A DNA stretch of 64,000 nucleotides from a virus (Duplodnaviria; Heunggongvirae; Uroviricota; Caudoviricetes). Positions 19,772-32,200 of this stretch are shown one piece after another. The stretch is from the IMG/VR virus record IMGVR_UViG_3300035544_000169; one strand, written 5' to 3'. Position 1 is the stretch's first letter, and each line of letters opens with the position of its first letter. Position numbers and translations under genes: made by a program. Under the pieces are notes generated by a model. It ran no database searches. It saw nothing but the letters and a program-made list of their open reading frames with translations, and was not told the DNA's origin.

Positions 19772-20404
19772 ATGCTAAAAAAAATTAAGAGATTTTTAAA
19801 ATCTTTAATAAAAGATGACGGCATAAAACCTCAAAAAACTGAAAGTAGTTCTCTTCTTGAAAGTAAGACGAAAATAGTAGAGCTTAAAAGAGAGCATAAA
19901 GATATTTTTGTAATAAACATCAAAGGGCTTGAATTTGTTTTCAGGCCCCTTACAAAATTTGAATATTTTGAGTATATTTTAAATAATCCAGGTGTTAAAG
20001 AAGTTTGTCTTGCAGAGAAAATATCGGAAATCTGTGTATTATATCCAAGGGATTACGATTTCAAAAATCCGGACTATGCAGGGATTCCTGATGTGCTATT
20101 TAAGGAAATAAAAGAGGTATCTGGTTTTACAAATAACGACCTTTTAAAAGCAAAAGCAAATGAGTATCGTTCCGTGATAGCAAATGATTTTGACAAACAA
20201 ATGGAAAACATTATAATAACAGCCTTTCCTCATGTAACTTTAGAAGAGATTAGGGGCTGGGACATGTATAAACTTTTAGATTATTTTACTAGGGCTGAAT
20301 GGATTATCCAGAATTTAATGCCTATGCACCAGCTTCCACATCAGCAAAGCGATGAGGTTCAAGAGCCGCAAAACAGAGGCTCCTCATTTTTCGGACAAAG
20401 ATAG
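19772..20404 (+). CDS. Tail assembly chaperone paralog with C-terminal extension
   Basis: FVFRPLTKFEY..CVLYPRD..AGIPDVLFKEIKEVSGF aligns with the preceding ORF. Confidence 0.65.
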   Translation: MLKKIKRFLKSLIKDDGIKPQKTESSSLLESKTKIVELKREHKDIFVINIKGLEFVFRPLTKFEYFEYILNNPGVKEVCLAEKISEICVLYPRDYDFKNPDYAGIPDVLFKEIKEVSGFTNNDLLKAKANEYRSVIANDFDKQMENIIITAFPHVTLEEIRGWDMYKLLDYFTRAEWIIQNLMPMHQLPHQQSDEVQEPQNRGSSFFGQR

Positions 20405-20415
20405 AGGTGAAATAG

Positions 20416-23400
20416 ATGGCTGCAAACAGATACATAGAGAGGTATAAAAAAGGCCTCCAGCAAAGAGAAGAAAAAAGACAGTCTAAAATGGCCTGGTCTA
20501 AAACAAATAAATTTCTAACAGGTGCAGCCGCAATTACAGCAGGTGCATTTGCAGCCCACACACTTCACCCCAAAGGTATAATAGGAGCTTTAGAGAGTGT
20601 AGCAAAGCCCACAAATGCTGCCTTTGGAGCCTTCAAAAGCACAATGGATAGATATGTGTCAGGTTCCGGGCACGGAGTTTTAAAGGGTGTTGATACAGCT
20701 ATAAACGCTGTTGATGTATTTAATAATCCAAAGGGTGCAGTAGACCATTTTAGAAGTACATATAAAAGTATTGCAAAAAGAACAGACGACTTACATATAG
20801 ATATTTTAAGAAAACAGAAAACAAATGTTATTGACGGAATTAAAAAGGCATTAAAAAGAGATGCTATCAGCACTCAGGCAAATAAGAATTTAAATAAATT
20901 TATCGAAGATAATGAAGGCGACTTAGCCAAAATAGCCTCTGATTTTCAGAAAAAAAACCAGTACAGACTTTCAAAGCTAAGTTCTGGCGATAAAAAAGAA
21001 GTTAACTATGCACTTGCAAAATTAGACTCATTTAATGAAGCTAATAAAGAAATTAGAGATAGTGCACAAAAAATGATATTTGACAGTATATCAGGGGCTT
21101 CAGAGGCCAGACCAAAGAATGTAGATAATATTCAGGCAGATGCCTTAAAGAAAATGATGGATGAGATTGTAGAAAACCAGCAGTCCCAGAGTTCATTTAT
21201 AAAGAAAAAGTTTAATAATATTTTTGGATACAAAAACGCAACGGTGGATGACCTTTTAAATTATGGTGACGACTTTTTAGATGATGAGAGCAGAAAGTTT
21301 TTAAACACTTTAAAGATAAACCACGGTGCTGACTTTAAAAAGTTTGTAGTAGATGACAGCCTATACATGTACAAAGGTAAGGTTGTTGATTCCAGAAACT
21401 TCAAAAAGCTTGGCAGAAATATTCGCTCAGGATTTTCTGGTGGTATTTTAGGTCACTTAACTTACCAGAGAGACTTAATGGCCATGAATGATTTCTCTAA
21501 GAGAGCTGGAACACTGATTCGTTCAGGCTACAATGTACCAACACTTGAAGGCTATGGAGTTTTAGGAAAAGACGGAGTTTTAAAAGAGTCATTAATTTCT
21601 GTTGGAGATAACATATACAGACTAAATGATATGTCAAAACCTCTGGCTGAAGGCTTCCACCTAGCTTCAGGAAGGTACGGCTCTACTAAGAGATTAGTGT
21701 CAAGTATGTCTGGAGTTAACGCTCCTGACTGGAGTAATGAAAGGGCATACAATTGGCTTTTAGATGTAGGGGGCAAGAGACAGCCGGGGCTTTTAACAAA
21801 GTTTAAATCTATTTTTACAAAATCTAAAGACCCACTATATTTCAAAAATGAAATGAACAGGCTCTTTACAGTAACAGAAGATATGGCTCAAAAAATACAG
21901 TCCGGCACAGCATTATCTGTTCTACCGGAAATAGATTACAGAATGATGAAAGACCTAGAACAGTATATGAGACATCAATCATCAGGCTTTGGTCATGAGA
22001 TGTTAGAAAAGGTCCTTCGTGATTTAGATGGTACAGAAATCAGCTCAAAACTAAAGGGATTAAAATTTGATACAGAAGATGACCTTGTTGAATCATATAT
22101 TAAAGTTACAAAAGAGCATCTAGGTAAACAAGGCGCTAAGATGCCAGATGATACATCTCTTAGGGCAAGGGCTTATAATATTCTTAATACATCAACTCAG
22201 AGAAAAAATAAAAGAATATTTGCCGGAAACAAACTGAACGAAGGTAAAGACAGGCTCTTAAGAGATATCTCAGAGAAGGTAACTAATCTAAGGGGTAGTG
22301 ACAGAACCCTAGAGATTGCAGAATCAATGTATAAAAATAAGGAGATATCAGGGGCCCAATTTGTTGAAATAAATAAATCAGTTGCAAGCTTTAAAATAAG
22401 CGGTTCTATGGACGGCTCATCATTTGATGGAGCTGAAATCACTAAGATTCTAGCAGGCAAGAAAGACCCTTATGTAAGGCTTGCTATTGAAGATTCACTA
22501 AAAGAAACACACCCTGCTTTTGGCTTCGGAAGGGTTAAGGAATTCCAAGAAAACTTCCACGGAGATGTACTTCCGGTAAAGAAGTTCAACCCTAAGATTT
22601 TAAACGACTGGAAGTCAGTTATAACCGGCGGACGAAATGACATGTCCAAAGTTAATAAGGGAACTCTTTTAACTTACGGTATGATGCACAGACTAAATGA
22701 TATGGTAAGGCATTTTGATTTTATGCCTCTTGCTATGTCAGATGACAGTATGGGCTCACCTTTATCAACATTTGGCAACATTATGGCTAAAAGAGTTATG
22801 CCGATTTACGCTGGTGTTACAGCTTTAAAATATACAAGCGATTACTGGTCTGAAATATCAGGTAGTGGATACACACTAGAACAGCACAAAGAAAGAACAA
22901 AGGCAAATGCAACCTTAAGACTATCAAAGTTTAAAGATGCAACAGGCCTTACAAGTGCTTTCAAATTTTTTGATAGGGTAACTCCGGGAAATGAAGGTAT
23001 AAAGGCAAGTGTTAATAAGCTTCCTTTCATGGGACCTTTAGCTCCTTTAACAATAGGTATGGAAGCCCTAAATTCTGTCGGAACATTCAGCGGCAGAACT
23101 GAAAAAGAGTGGGTAGATTACTTCAATACAGGAGAGGACCCGGTCAGAAAGGGTAGGTACTGGATATTAGGTTCAACTCCATGGATGGGTGAAAGTATAG
23201 ACCACTACGAACCAAATAGCTATAGACAGGCTATGAGTCAGTGGGAATATACAGATACGGTTTACGGCTCAAGAGAAAATTACTGGGCTCACAGCTGGAT
23301 GCCTACTCCAACAGAACCTCTTGCACCAGTTAAACGCTTCGTGACGGACAGGTACTGGTTTGAAAAGATGCACTTAAAAGACAGACCATACCCTCTAACA

Positions 23401-26241
23401 GGAGAAATGTTTGACCCTAATACACCGTGGGGCACACTCTTAAATCCAACAATAGGCAGGATATTAAAACCACAAATTAAACTGTCTGCAGGTGCAACAG
23501 ATGAAGACTTAGAAAGAATAGAGAAAAATAATGCTTATGCCAAAGATGTAATAGCCAGATTTTCAGGTGGAGATTTGCAGCTTTCAACCTATATACCTAA
23601 ATATACAATGTCAACAAATGTTGGCGTTGCCACAGGTGGAGGAAGAATAGGTTCGGGTAATGTCATGGTAAATGGTGTTGCAGGCAATAAGGCAAATTCA
23701 AATGCAGTTGGTGTTCAAGGTGGTGGTCCGGGAGGTTCAGGAGCTGCTATTAGGCTTACTGAAAACCCTGAAAGCAGTGGTCTTGTAGTAAACGGCCAGA
23801 ACTACTCACTAAAAGATTTAAAGAATATAAACCAATCAATTATAGATAAATCAGGTAAGATAAGCAGGATAAACAAAAAGAACATTTTAAATACAGGATT
23901 TACAATGTCATATTACGAGCCGAGAGAAGAGGGCGAACTTGCTTTAGATGTGCAAAGCCCAACTGATATCGGCTACAGTATGGAAAGAACATTAGACATC
24001 TTCAAGGATATCACAGGTGCAAGAGGATTCTTAGCTTCTATGGTAACTGGAGGAGACGATTACGGTGAAGGTCAGGCTGTTTTAGCGACAGCATCTGATG
24101 CTTACGCTGCATCATCAAGGTTCTGGGATACAGGGCTTGGTGGCCGTGGTGGAGAGCTTTCAGAGATTTTCAGAAGATTTATCAACAAAAGACCTGGATT
24201 ATATAAGGTAATAAACGACATACCAAATACAATGCCCGGCTGGATGCCTGATAGGTTCCGCACTGGAGACCCTTATACAGAAGTAAACCGCGGCGAAATA
24301 AGGCTCCCAGGAGAAGCTTACGAGTCAATGAATAAGCTCCACCCAGATGAGTATGGAAGGTATGGAGCAGTTGATAGAGCAGCCATCTTAGCTGATATAG
24401 CACCATATTCACAGGAATATAAGCTTTGGTCTAAAATAGCTTCAGAACAGAATCTCTCACAGGAGGCCAAAGAGTTCTTAGCTCAGGCTAAGGAACAAAA
24501 AGAAGAGGCAAACAAAAAATATCATATGACACCATATAAGTTTTTGGGTCAGGATATAGAGAGAGAATCAGCTATTGTAGAGAAGTTTTTAGACTCCAGC
24601 CGCTTCACAGTTAAAGGTTCAGACAGAATATACCGCCTTGCAGGTGTTAACACCAACTTCAATGCAGAGACCGAAGAGGGCAAAAACACCCTAAACATAT
24701 TAGAACAGACAATGATGCCTGGAAGCGAAATAACACTTCTAGCATCAAAAGACAGCAACCCCAACGCCTCAACTCCAGCCGTTGTCTACAGTCAGGACTC
24801 AAATGTAAATAGAAGGCTTTTAGACAGCGGAGTTCAGGCCAAAGAAGAAGATGGGGCTATTGATACTTATGTAAACTTAGGCGTAGGAGGAAGGGCTTTA
24901 GGAAGGATATGGGAAGGAGTAGCACACGCCCCAATCCCTATAGTCCATAATAAATTCTTCAATGTACGCTCACCTATGGAACACTACAAAGACTATCAAG
25001 TTTACGGCAAAGAATGGCAGTCATGGAACGAGCCAGTTGACGACCTTTTAGTACCGTCATTCCAGAGTGCCTGGGCCAGAAATCCTTTCTGGGCTACATT
25101 ATCTGGTGCTACAGCAGGAGCTATAACAGGACTTCTGCTTGGAGGTCCCGGAGTTAGAAAGGCAATGAGTGGCTTCGGTGCGGTAGCTGCAGGTGTCGGT
25201 TCTATTGCTCGCTCACAGTACGAGTTGGAGACGGGTAAGGCGTGGATACCGGAAAGAAGAGAAGAAGAAAGAAAGATATGGGAATACTACGACCTCTTAA
25301 AGTTTGTTAAAAATAAGAGGCTATATAATAAATATGTAGACGTAGCTAAAAAAGAAGAAAATGTTGATGTTGAAAAGATAATAAGTGAAATGGAAGAGAT
25401 TGACGAAAGGCTAAAAAAGAAAGAAGAAATGCTTGAAGGCTTTTCAAAACACTTACTAAGATACGGCATCAGTAAAGAAGACACTGTCCAAAAACGAATA
25501 AACTCAGAGGGTAGGGTCGAATACAATTTAGTCACAGAAAAAGAGTTTATAGAATCAAAAAGAAAAGAAATACTTCAAGAATTAAGGGATACAAAAGCAG
25601 AAGAAGTACTTGTTGGCTTAGGCCCTTATGCAAGAATGGCGGTTAAATACAGACAGGAATACCGCTCTACACTATTTGGACTTGATGGAAGTTCAACTTT
25701 CCAGCAGATGTTTTCTGCTTTTCCAAGTAAGGATAGGGAATATTTACAGCATTTCTCTAAGGTTACAGACGAAAAGGAAAGAGAAGAAATACTAAAAATT
25801 GTTCCTGACAACCAGAAGAGAGCTTACAAAATTCTATGGGGTATGGAAACAGAAAAAGAATCTCTAATAGATATGTTCGGAGAGTATGCACTGCCAGATG
25901 AAAATTGGTTTGGCTGGAGGGAAGGGGCAGACCTTGAAGATTCAATGATAAAACTCATTGAAAATAATGGTTATGACCCTAAAGATTTCGGACTCTGGAA
26001 GGATTACACTGTAGAGGAAGAGCTAACACCAGCTCCAGTTGAGTATGGTAGGCGTTTCGACAGAAAGTCATCCGGATTTATCAGAACAAGATTAGAAGAA
26101 GTATTAACAGATTATGATATCAGAGATGTGGATATTAAAATAACTCCAAGAGAAGATAACAGTATAAATATAAATTTCGATATGGTACAGGATGTAACAG
26201 GAAAAATACAGCTTGAAATACAGAGAGCACTGGGGGGCTAG
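20416..26241 (+). CDS. Giant tape-measure-like/ejection protein with hydrophobic segments and degenerate SNase domain
   Basis: 1941 aa directly after chaperones; hydrophobic FLTGAAAITAGAFAA and FWATLSGATAGAITGLLLGG; SNase-like stretch at about 24565-24840. Confidence 0.7.
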   Translation: MAANRYIERYKKGLQQREEKRQSKMAWSKTNKFLTGAAAITAGAFAAHTLHPKGIIGALESVAKPTNAAFGAFKSTMDRYVSGSGHGVLKGVDTAINAVDVFNNPKGAVDHFRSTYKSIAKRTDDLHIDILRKQKTNVIDGIKKALKRDAISTQANKNLNKFIEDNEGDLAKIASDFQKKNQYRLSKLSSGDKKEVNYALAKLDSFNEANKEIRDSAQKMIFDSISGASEARPKNVDNIQADALKKMMDEIVENQQSQSSFIKKKFNNIFGYKNATVDDLLNYGDDFLDDESRKFLNTLKINHGADFKKFVVDDSLYMYKGKVVDSRNFKKLGRNIRSGFSGGILGHLTYQRDLMAMNDFSKRAGTLIRSGYNVPTLEGYGVLGKDGVLKESLISVGDNIYRLNDMSKPLAEGFHLASGRYGSTKRLVSSMSGVNAPDWSNERAYNWLLDVGGKRQPGLLTKFKSIFTKSKDPLYFKNEMNRLFTVTEDMAQKIQSGTALSVLPEIDYRMMKDLEQYMRHQSSGFGHEMLEKVLRDLDGTEISSKLKGLKFDTEDDLVESYIKVTKEHLGKQGAKMPDDTSLRARAYNILNTSTQRKNKRIFAGNKLNEGKDRLLRDISEKVTNLRGSDRTLEIAESMYKNKEISGAQFVEINKSVASFKISGSMDGSSFDGAEITKILAGKKDPYVRLAIEDSLKETHPAFGFGRVKEFQENFHGDVLPVKKFNPKILNDWKSVITGGRNDMSKVNKGTLLTYGMMHRLNDMVRHFDFMPLAMSDDSMGSPLSTFGNIMAKRVMPIYAGVTALKYTSDYWSEISGSGYTLEQHKERTKANATLRLSKFKDATGLTSAFKFFDRVTPGNEGIKASVNKLPFMGPLAPLTIGMEALNSVGTFSGRTEKEWVDYFNTGEDPVRKGRYWILGSTPWMGESIDHYEPNSYRQAMSQWEYTDTVYGSRENYWAHSWMPTPTEPLAPVKRFVTDRYWFEKMHLKDRPYPLTGEMFDPNTPWGTLLNPTIGRILKPQIKLSAGATDEDLERIEKNNAYAKDVIARFSGGDLQLSTYIPKYTMSTNVGVATGGGRIGSGNVMVNGVAGNKANSNAVGVQGGGPGGSGAAIRLTENPESSGLVVNGQNYSLKDLKNINQSIIDKSGKISRINKKNILNTGFTMSYYEPREEGELALDVQSPTDIGYSMERTLDIFKDITGARGFLASMVTGGDDYGEGQAVLATASDAYAASSRFWDTGLGGRGGELSEIFRRFINKRPGLYKVINDIPNTMPGWMPDRFRTGDPYTEVNRGEIRLPGEAYESMNKLHPDEYGRYGAVDRAAILADIAPYSQEYKLWSKIASEQNLSQEAKEFLAQAKEQKEEANKKYHMTPYKFLGQDIERESAIVEKFLDSSRFTVKGSDRIYRLAGVNTNFNAETEEGKNTLNILEQTMMPGSEITLLASKDSNPNASTPAVVYSQDSNVNRRLLDSGVQAKEEDGAIDTYVNLGVGGRALGRIWEGVAHAPIPIVHNKFFNVRSPMEHYKDYQVYGKEWQSWNEPVDDLLVPSFQSAWARNPFWATLSGATAGAITGLLLGGPGVRKAMSGFGAVAAGVGSIARSQYELETGKAWIPERREEERKIWEYYDLLKFVKNKRLYNKYVDVAKKEENVDVEKIISEMEEIDERLKKKEEMLEGFSKHLLRYGISKEDTVQKRINSEGRVEYNLVTEKEFIESKRKEILQELRDTKAEEVLVGLGPYARMAVKYRQEYRSTLFGLDGSSTFQQMFSAFPSKDREYLQHFSKVTDEKEREEILKIVPDNQKRAYKILWGMETEKESLIDMFGEYALPDENWFGWREGADLEDSMIKLIENNGYDPKDFGLWKDYTVEEELTPAPVEYGRRFDRKSSGFIRTRLEEVLTDYDIRDVDIKITPREDNSININFDMVQDVTGKIQLEIQRALGG

Positions 26242-26244
26242 TAA

Positions 26245-29200
26245 ATGTACGATTTTGATAACATGCCGGCAGTCTCGTCGGATTACAAAGAAGAAATGTA
26301 TAATAAATACGGTTTAAAGGTTACAAATAGGGTCTCTGACCCTCAGCCTTCCTTTCTCTTTCAAGTAAGCAGTCAAAGAAAGGCTAAGGCAAAGCTTGAT
26401 AAAGCTGCCAATAAAGCCGTTCAGTATTCGCACAACTTTGAAGAGATAAATGCAATATATAATGACCTTGGTAAAATAAAAAATGCCATGACAGAAAATG
26501 GTGTTAAAAGAGGAACACTTGATATTTTCAAGGATGTAAATGCAGTAACTTACGGCAGAAACCCACATAGAGCTATTAGGAACTGGCAGAAGGCTATCAA
26601 CACGAACTCAAAAATAATTGGTTTCGATATAGAGAGTTTAGGAGATATGAATGAAGGTAATATTTTTACACCGACAGAAATCTCCTTCTACTCTGCCACA
26701 ATGAACGGTGATGAGCTTTCTAAAAGAGCCTTAGAGCGTTCATTTATTGTAGCACCAAATAGAGCTTCTGTTGATAATATCAACGAGCTATTTGATAAAG
26801 TACAGGCTTTTTACGAAAACGGCAGAACTCCAATGCTCAGCGACTCCGAAAGAAGGACTCTCGGAGATTTAATCAAATACTCAAACGGTGCAGAGTTTGT
26901 ACAGAAAAATTCTATGACAGAACTAGGAAAAGCTTCTAATATGTACAAACAGTTTGTTACTGATGGAGGTCAGCTTAAAAGATTAAGCTCTGCAAGTTCA
27001 GGTAAAAAGATGCTGGCCCTAGCAAGAGAGGGTTTGGGCAACTTACAAAAATATGGTAAAGATGCAAGTAGTGTAGCTCAAAACTTAAGCTACTATCTTG
27101 CCGAACAGAATGCAAATTCAAATGCCTTCTTTATGGGTCACAATATAGAAAATTTTGATAATATAGGCCTGACAAAATTCATGCAGGCTAACGGCTTTGA
27201 TAACGGATTTAAACCAAAACAGTATATAGATACACTGGATTTAGCAAACGCCTTTTATTCCACACCGCTTGACCTGCAGAAATTAAGCAGTGTAGATACA
27301 GGGCAGTTAACAAGACTTAACTCAGGTCATTTAAAAATGGAGAACCTGACCAAAGTTATGGGTTTTGGAAACTATACTCACTCAGCAGCTGATGATACAA
27401 GAAAAGCTTTTAACGTAGTCTCAAACTTATTTTTCAGCCAAGAGGGCCTCGACCACATAAATAAAAACATCTTATCTAGTGGTGGAGATTTTTCAAAGAA
27501 CTTTAATATAAGCTCCCTAAAACCCGGAGACGAGCTGTTTTCTACAGCAGGGGCAATGGATACAGGTAAAGGTCCATTGAGTTTTGTTACGGCATTCAAT
27601 GACGGCAAAGAAGTAGTAGATGGAAGCAAATTTTACATAAGTTCACACACAAAATACAGATTTGTAGGAAGTTTTAGGAATAAAGACTCGGTCGGAGTTA
27701 AGCTGCAGAATGCTATGACAGGGGAAAATGTCTATGTCAATAAGTCAAACGAGAAGGAATTAAGACAGTTTATCTATTCCAAATTTGACAATGCTGCAAA
27801 GTATTCAAATACCGATATGCAGAGAATGTATATGAATACCAGAAACGATATCGCTCGTTCTAAGTTCAGACAGATGACAAACAATATCAGCTTTAAAAAC
27901 TACAAAAACTTACAGGCAACATTAAAGGCCTATAACTTAGAAAAAGCACAGGGAAGAAGTCTTTTAAATAACGAACTTGATGAAATATTCTCATATACAG
28001 ATAAAAGCGGCTCTAAAATTATAAGGGGCAACTGGAAAGAAAACTACAGAAGAATGAGGGGCAGACTTACAAGTGATGCTCCTATACTAGACAAGCTTGT
28101 TAAGGAAGTAGAAGCACTGCATGGTGGAGATAAAGAAAACCCAAACTACTGGCCGGTGCAAAAAAGACACGCAGCAGTTGTAAATGCCTATCAGGAAATG
28201 CAAAAAGATTTTGGAAAAAATAAAGATATTATAAACCTTAAAAGCAACAAGGCTTACGGAATAGACCTTCTGGGGCCAGATGGTAGAAACACAAGAATCT
28301 CACTTGCGAGAAAATCAAATGCAAGACGTGACTTAAGAAGACTATTTAACTATACAGAGTCAACAGCAGGAAGAAACTTCAAAACAGCTGACGGATTTTT
28401 TATTGAAGTTTTAGACAGCGTAAAAGACCATGCAAGTCAGTACCAGAAGAATATGGCCAACAAAGATTATGAGGGCTTTATGTACAGGCTTGACGAAATT
28501 ATAAGACCTATGGCTAAAAGTCAGGACAATGCCTTCACCCAGATAAATGCACTTTCAGACCTACTGGTTGATTATAGAGATAAAATACCGGGACTTAAAA
28601 AAAGCGTGATGGAAGTTGAGGGACTTGGAGCAAGAAATGCTTTCACAACCCAAAAGATGATGGATAATGTGGATACATATTTAAGAAAAGGTTTAGACTA
28701 TGCTAGTGGAATAACCATCAATCACGGCTTTGCTAAGGGTCTTTCAGGTGGAGCTAACAACAGTGTTTTAACTACTGTAAGGGCTTTAGATGAAGCTTTG
28801 CAGAAAAACTATATGGCACTGGGAGTTAAAAAAGAATTCGTTTCAAATATACCTACAATGGAAAGCTCGCTAAATAGCACCATACGCAAATTTGGGACAG
28901 CGTTCTCAAGCAAAGGAGATATCGACTTAGGCTTTGAGCTCTTCAACACAGGTACGGTAGAAAAGCCGCAGGTATCAATGGCTATTTTCAAGCAGGGCTC
29001 AGATGATGTGCTCACACTTGATGCATTAAAAGCAAATAAAAATGCTGCTATAATAGATATACCTCTGGTTAATGCAGACCAGTATATTCATTACGGAAAC
29101 CAGAAAAAAATATCACCACTTGCACTCCTTTATAGGGATAAATTCAGTGCAGGAGCCGATATAAAAACAGGAACCTCTTTCAGCTACATGATGCATGAGC

Positions 29201-32200
29201 TTAACGGAGAGGCCAACAGTATGATTAAGGCAGCTCAGGAAGGCGACTTTAGAAGAATAGAAATGATAGCAAACGGTAAGATACAAAAATCTTTAGGCTA
29301 TCTCTCGGGCTCAAACAAGTATGTAAGAGACGCAGAGAAGATGTATTCTTCAACAGCAGAAGCCGACTTTCTTAAAAAAGGATATGTGCTATTTAGAGGT
29401 GTCTTTGAAAATCAAGGCGAACAGGTAGGGCTTGATGGTGAAACATTGTACCCATCTAAAAAGTTTAACATGTTTGCTGATGGCTCAGTTCAAAAAATGA
29501 TTAAAAATAAATTAGGAATTGATGCATCCTTAGAATCGACAAGAGGTGCACACGCAGTAAATCAGTTCTTTTTAAGCTCAATCGAAAACAGAAATTTTGT
29601 TAACTTCGGGATGTACAACTCTCCCGGTCGTGACAACATGATACAGATGAGAAATAAAAGAACACTTTCTAAAAAGGCTATAGAGTCAATACAGGACAAT
29701 ATAAATAAAGCTAAGGGTTATTCAGGACTCTCTATGGACCCCTTACTTATCACACAGTCCGAACAGTTTTTAAGAGATACTGATAATGCTTTTGCTAAAT
29801 ATCCAGGCGTTAATGTCAGCATAGCAAATGTTGATGAGCTTGAGGGAATAGAGAAGCTAAAAAATGCCTTTGATAAAAGCGACAAATACACTATGGAAGG
29901 TGTTTTTGGTAAATCTCCAGCTAACTTCCCTTCTTTCTGGGAAAACCAGGCTATTGTATCTCAAAGTTTTGCAGACTCGCTACATTCAGTAAACTCATAT
30001 ACAAAAGACTACAAGCTGTCTGATTTAGATGAAGGCTTTATTAATAAAGTTAAACGTTCACTTAAAGATGGCGGCTCAGGTTACAGAATGGGTTACATGG
30101 AGCAGATGGGTCCTGACGAGATATTTAAAAGGGTATCCAGAAAAGATGGGGTTGAACACTTCATTACAGGATTCAACATCAATGACGGCAAGATAAGCTT
30201 CAAGTTCGAAGAGAACTTCAGCACAAGGGCTGGGGTAACCAAACTATTTTTGGCTTCAGAGAAGGTTACTGTCAGAAATATTGTGCCTGATGAAATTATG
30301 AAGGCAGCATTCGGCGAAGGCGTTCATGTTGCAGGTAATATAAACCACGCAGGACATCAGGGTTATGGAGAAGTAGCAGAGGGCTTAATCAAAGAGTCGA
30401 TAAATAAAATAAACCATTCAAATATAGATAGACAAATCAAACAGGAAGCTATACAGGAAGTTCAGGATATTGTAGATAGAACCTTTGGTCTGGCAACAAC
30501 AATCAAAGAAGAGGGCAAAACAGGTAGCGGTAAGTTTAGACTTGTAATCAACAACAACAAAGCCGGATTCAAGCACCTGATGGTAGCCGAAGGAGGAATA
30601 GACCAGGCAAATCTAGGTCTTAAAAATATTGACCCAAGAGTTGCCAACGTAGTTAGAAACAAAGGTGCCTTAAGTATCAAAGATTTAAGAACTAACTTAA
30701 ACAACATAAAATCCTTCAACCTAGGATTAAAAGATAATATCTTAAACCTAGAGGCAGTCTTAGCTCAAAACAGTGAAGACATAAACTTCATGTCAGTCGG
30801 AGGCTACGGCAAAAAAGGCGTAAAAGTAGGTCCAAGACATATCGGAGTCATGATGGACAAGGGTTACACAGAATACGCCAGATGGCTAAAAGACTCAGTT
30901 TTAGAAGAAGCAAAACAGGCAAACAGGATTTCATCACTACCTGGAACAAGAGGCTTAAATGGAGCACTTGAAGGCCAATCAAGAGCTATGGAACTGCTTG
31001 CAAGAGCAGCTCGAGGTGAAGGTGCAGTACCAGATGGTTCCAGAATAAATGAATACACAGAAGTTCTAGAAGAGTTAAGCGAGTTAAGAGAAGGTGGAAC
31101 TCAGGGGCAGGAAAAAGGCCTTTTCTCTAAATCGGATTTAACAAAGACAGTTTTTGACCCCGAATACAGAAGAAGAGGGAAAAACGGCCTTTATATTTCA
31201 CTGCCAGAAGAACTTGAGATAGAGTTTGGAAACGAAAAAACAGGAAGAACAAGGGTTAAATTAAACGAAATATTCCTTTCAGATACGGCAATTGAGATGT
31301 CCAAGAAAAAAAATGGAGAAGCCCTTTACTCTTTAGGAGAAATAGGTAGGGCAGAATCAGACATCTTTAATGCGATGAGGGAATATAATACAGCAGTCCA
31401 AAACTCCTCGCAACTTGCTGGAGACCTTTCAGCAAGGGAGGCTAAAGAAAAAGCTTTAAGAAGTATGAAAACAGGTATCAAAAATTACTATAACGCAATC
31501 TTCCATCAGTCTACAAGCTCTCACGGGCAAAAATATAACAGGGCATTATCGGCAAGGTTTAAAGGCTCGGGAAGGCTTAACCTGCAGATTATGTCTCCAG
31601 CTCTAGAAATTGCAGATGAGGTTAATAGAGCAAGCGGCACTACAGAAGAGAAAATATCAAAGGTAGCAAGAAAATTTGATATAGATGAAAAAGTAATAAA
31701 AAAAGCATATGCAGGGGTAAAGGGTGCTGGCTACAAAGGCCTTGACAAATCTAATGCTATTTATATCAGTCGAGATAGAGCAAAAGACATGCTTAAAGGT
31801 TTGGAAAAAACAGACAAAAAACAGTTTGACAATATAATGTCAGGACTTGAAGAAGGTAAAGGAATGCCTGGAATGATGTTCCGCTCACCTGTAATCCATA
31901 CAGAGTCAGCAATACCTGTTGAATACAGAATAGATGATGAGCTTGATTATGATACTGTTAGAATATCATCAACAATGGCAGCTGCTCAATTTGGTGATTC
32001 TGATGGTGACAGGGTATCTTTTGTAATGGCCTATAATAAACAAGGTGTCAGAACAAATGCCAAAAAAATGGAAGAAGAAGTAGCCAGAGTTGCTGATGAA
32101 ATGAGAAACACTTCATACAACTCAAAAGGGCCATGGGTTAAAAGGAATATGGTAGCCCTAGAAAAAGATGTAACTTTAGGTAAGAAGAATTATGTAGATT

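Noticed and set aside
19740-19790. Possible programmed frameshift between the tail chaperone genes
   Set aside because: No clear slippery heptamer before the first stop, and the second ORF has its own SD (AGAGGGG) and repeats the whole chaperone domain
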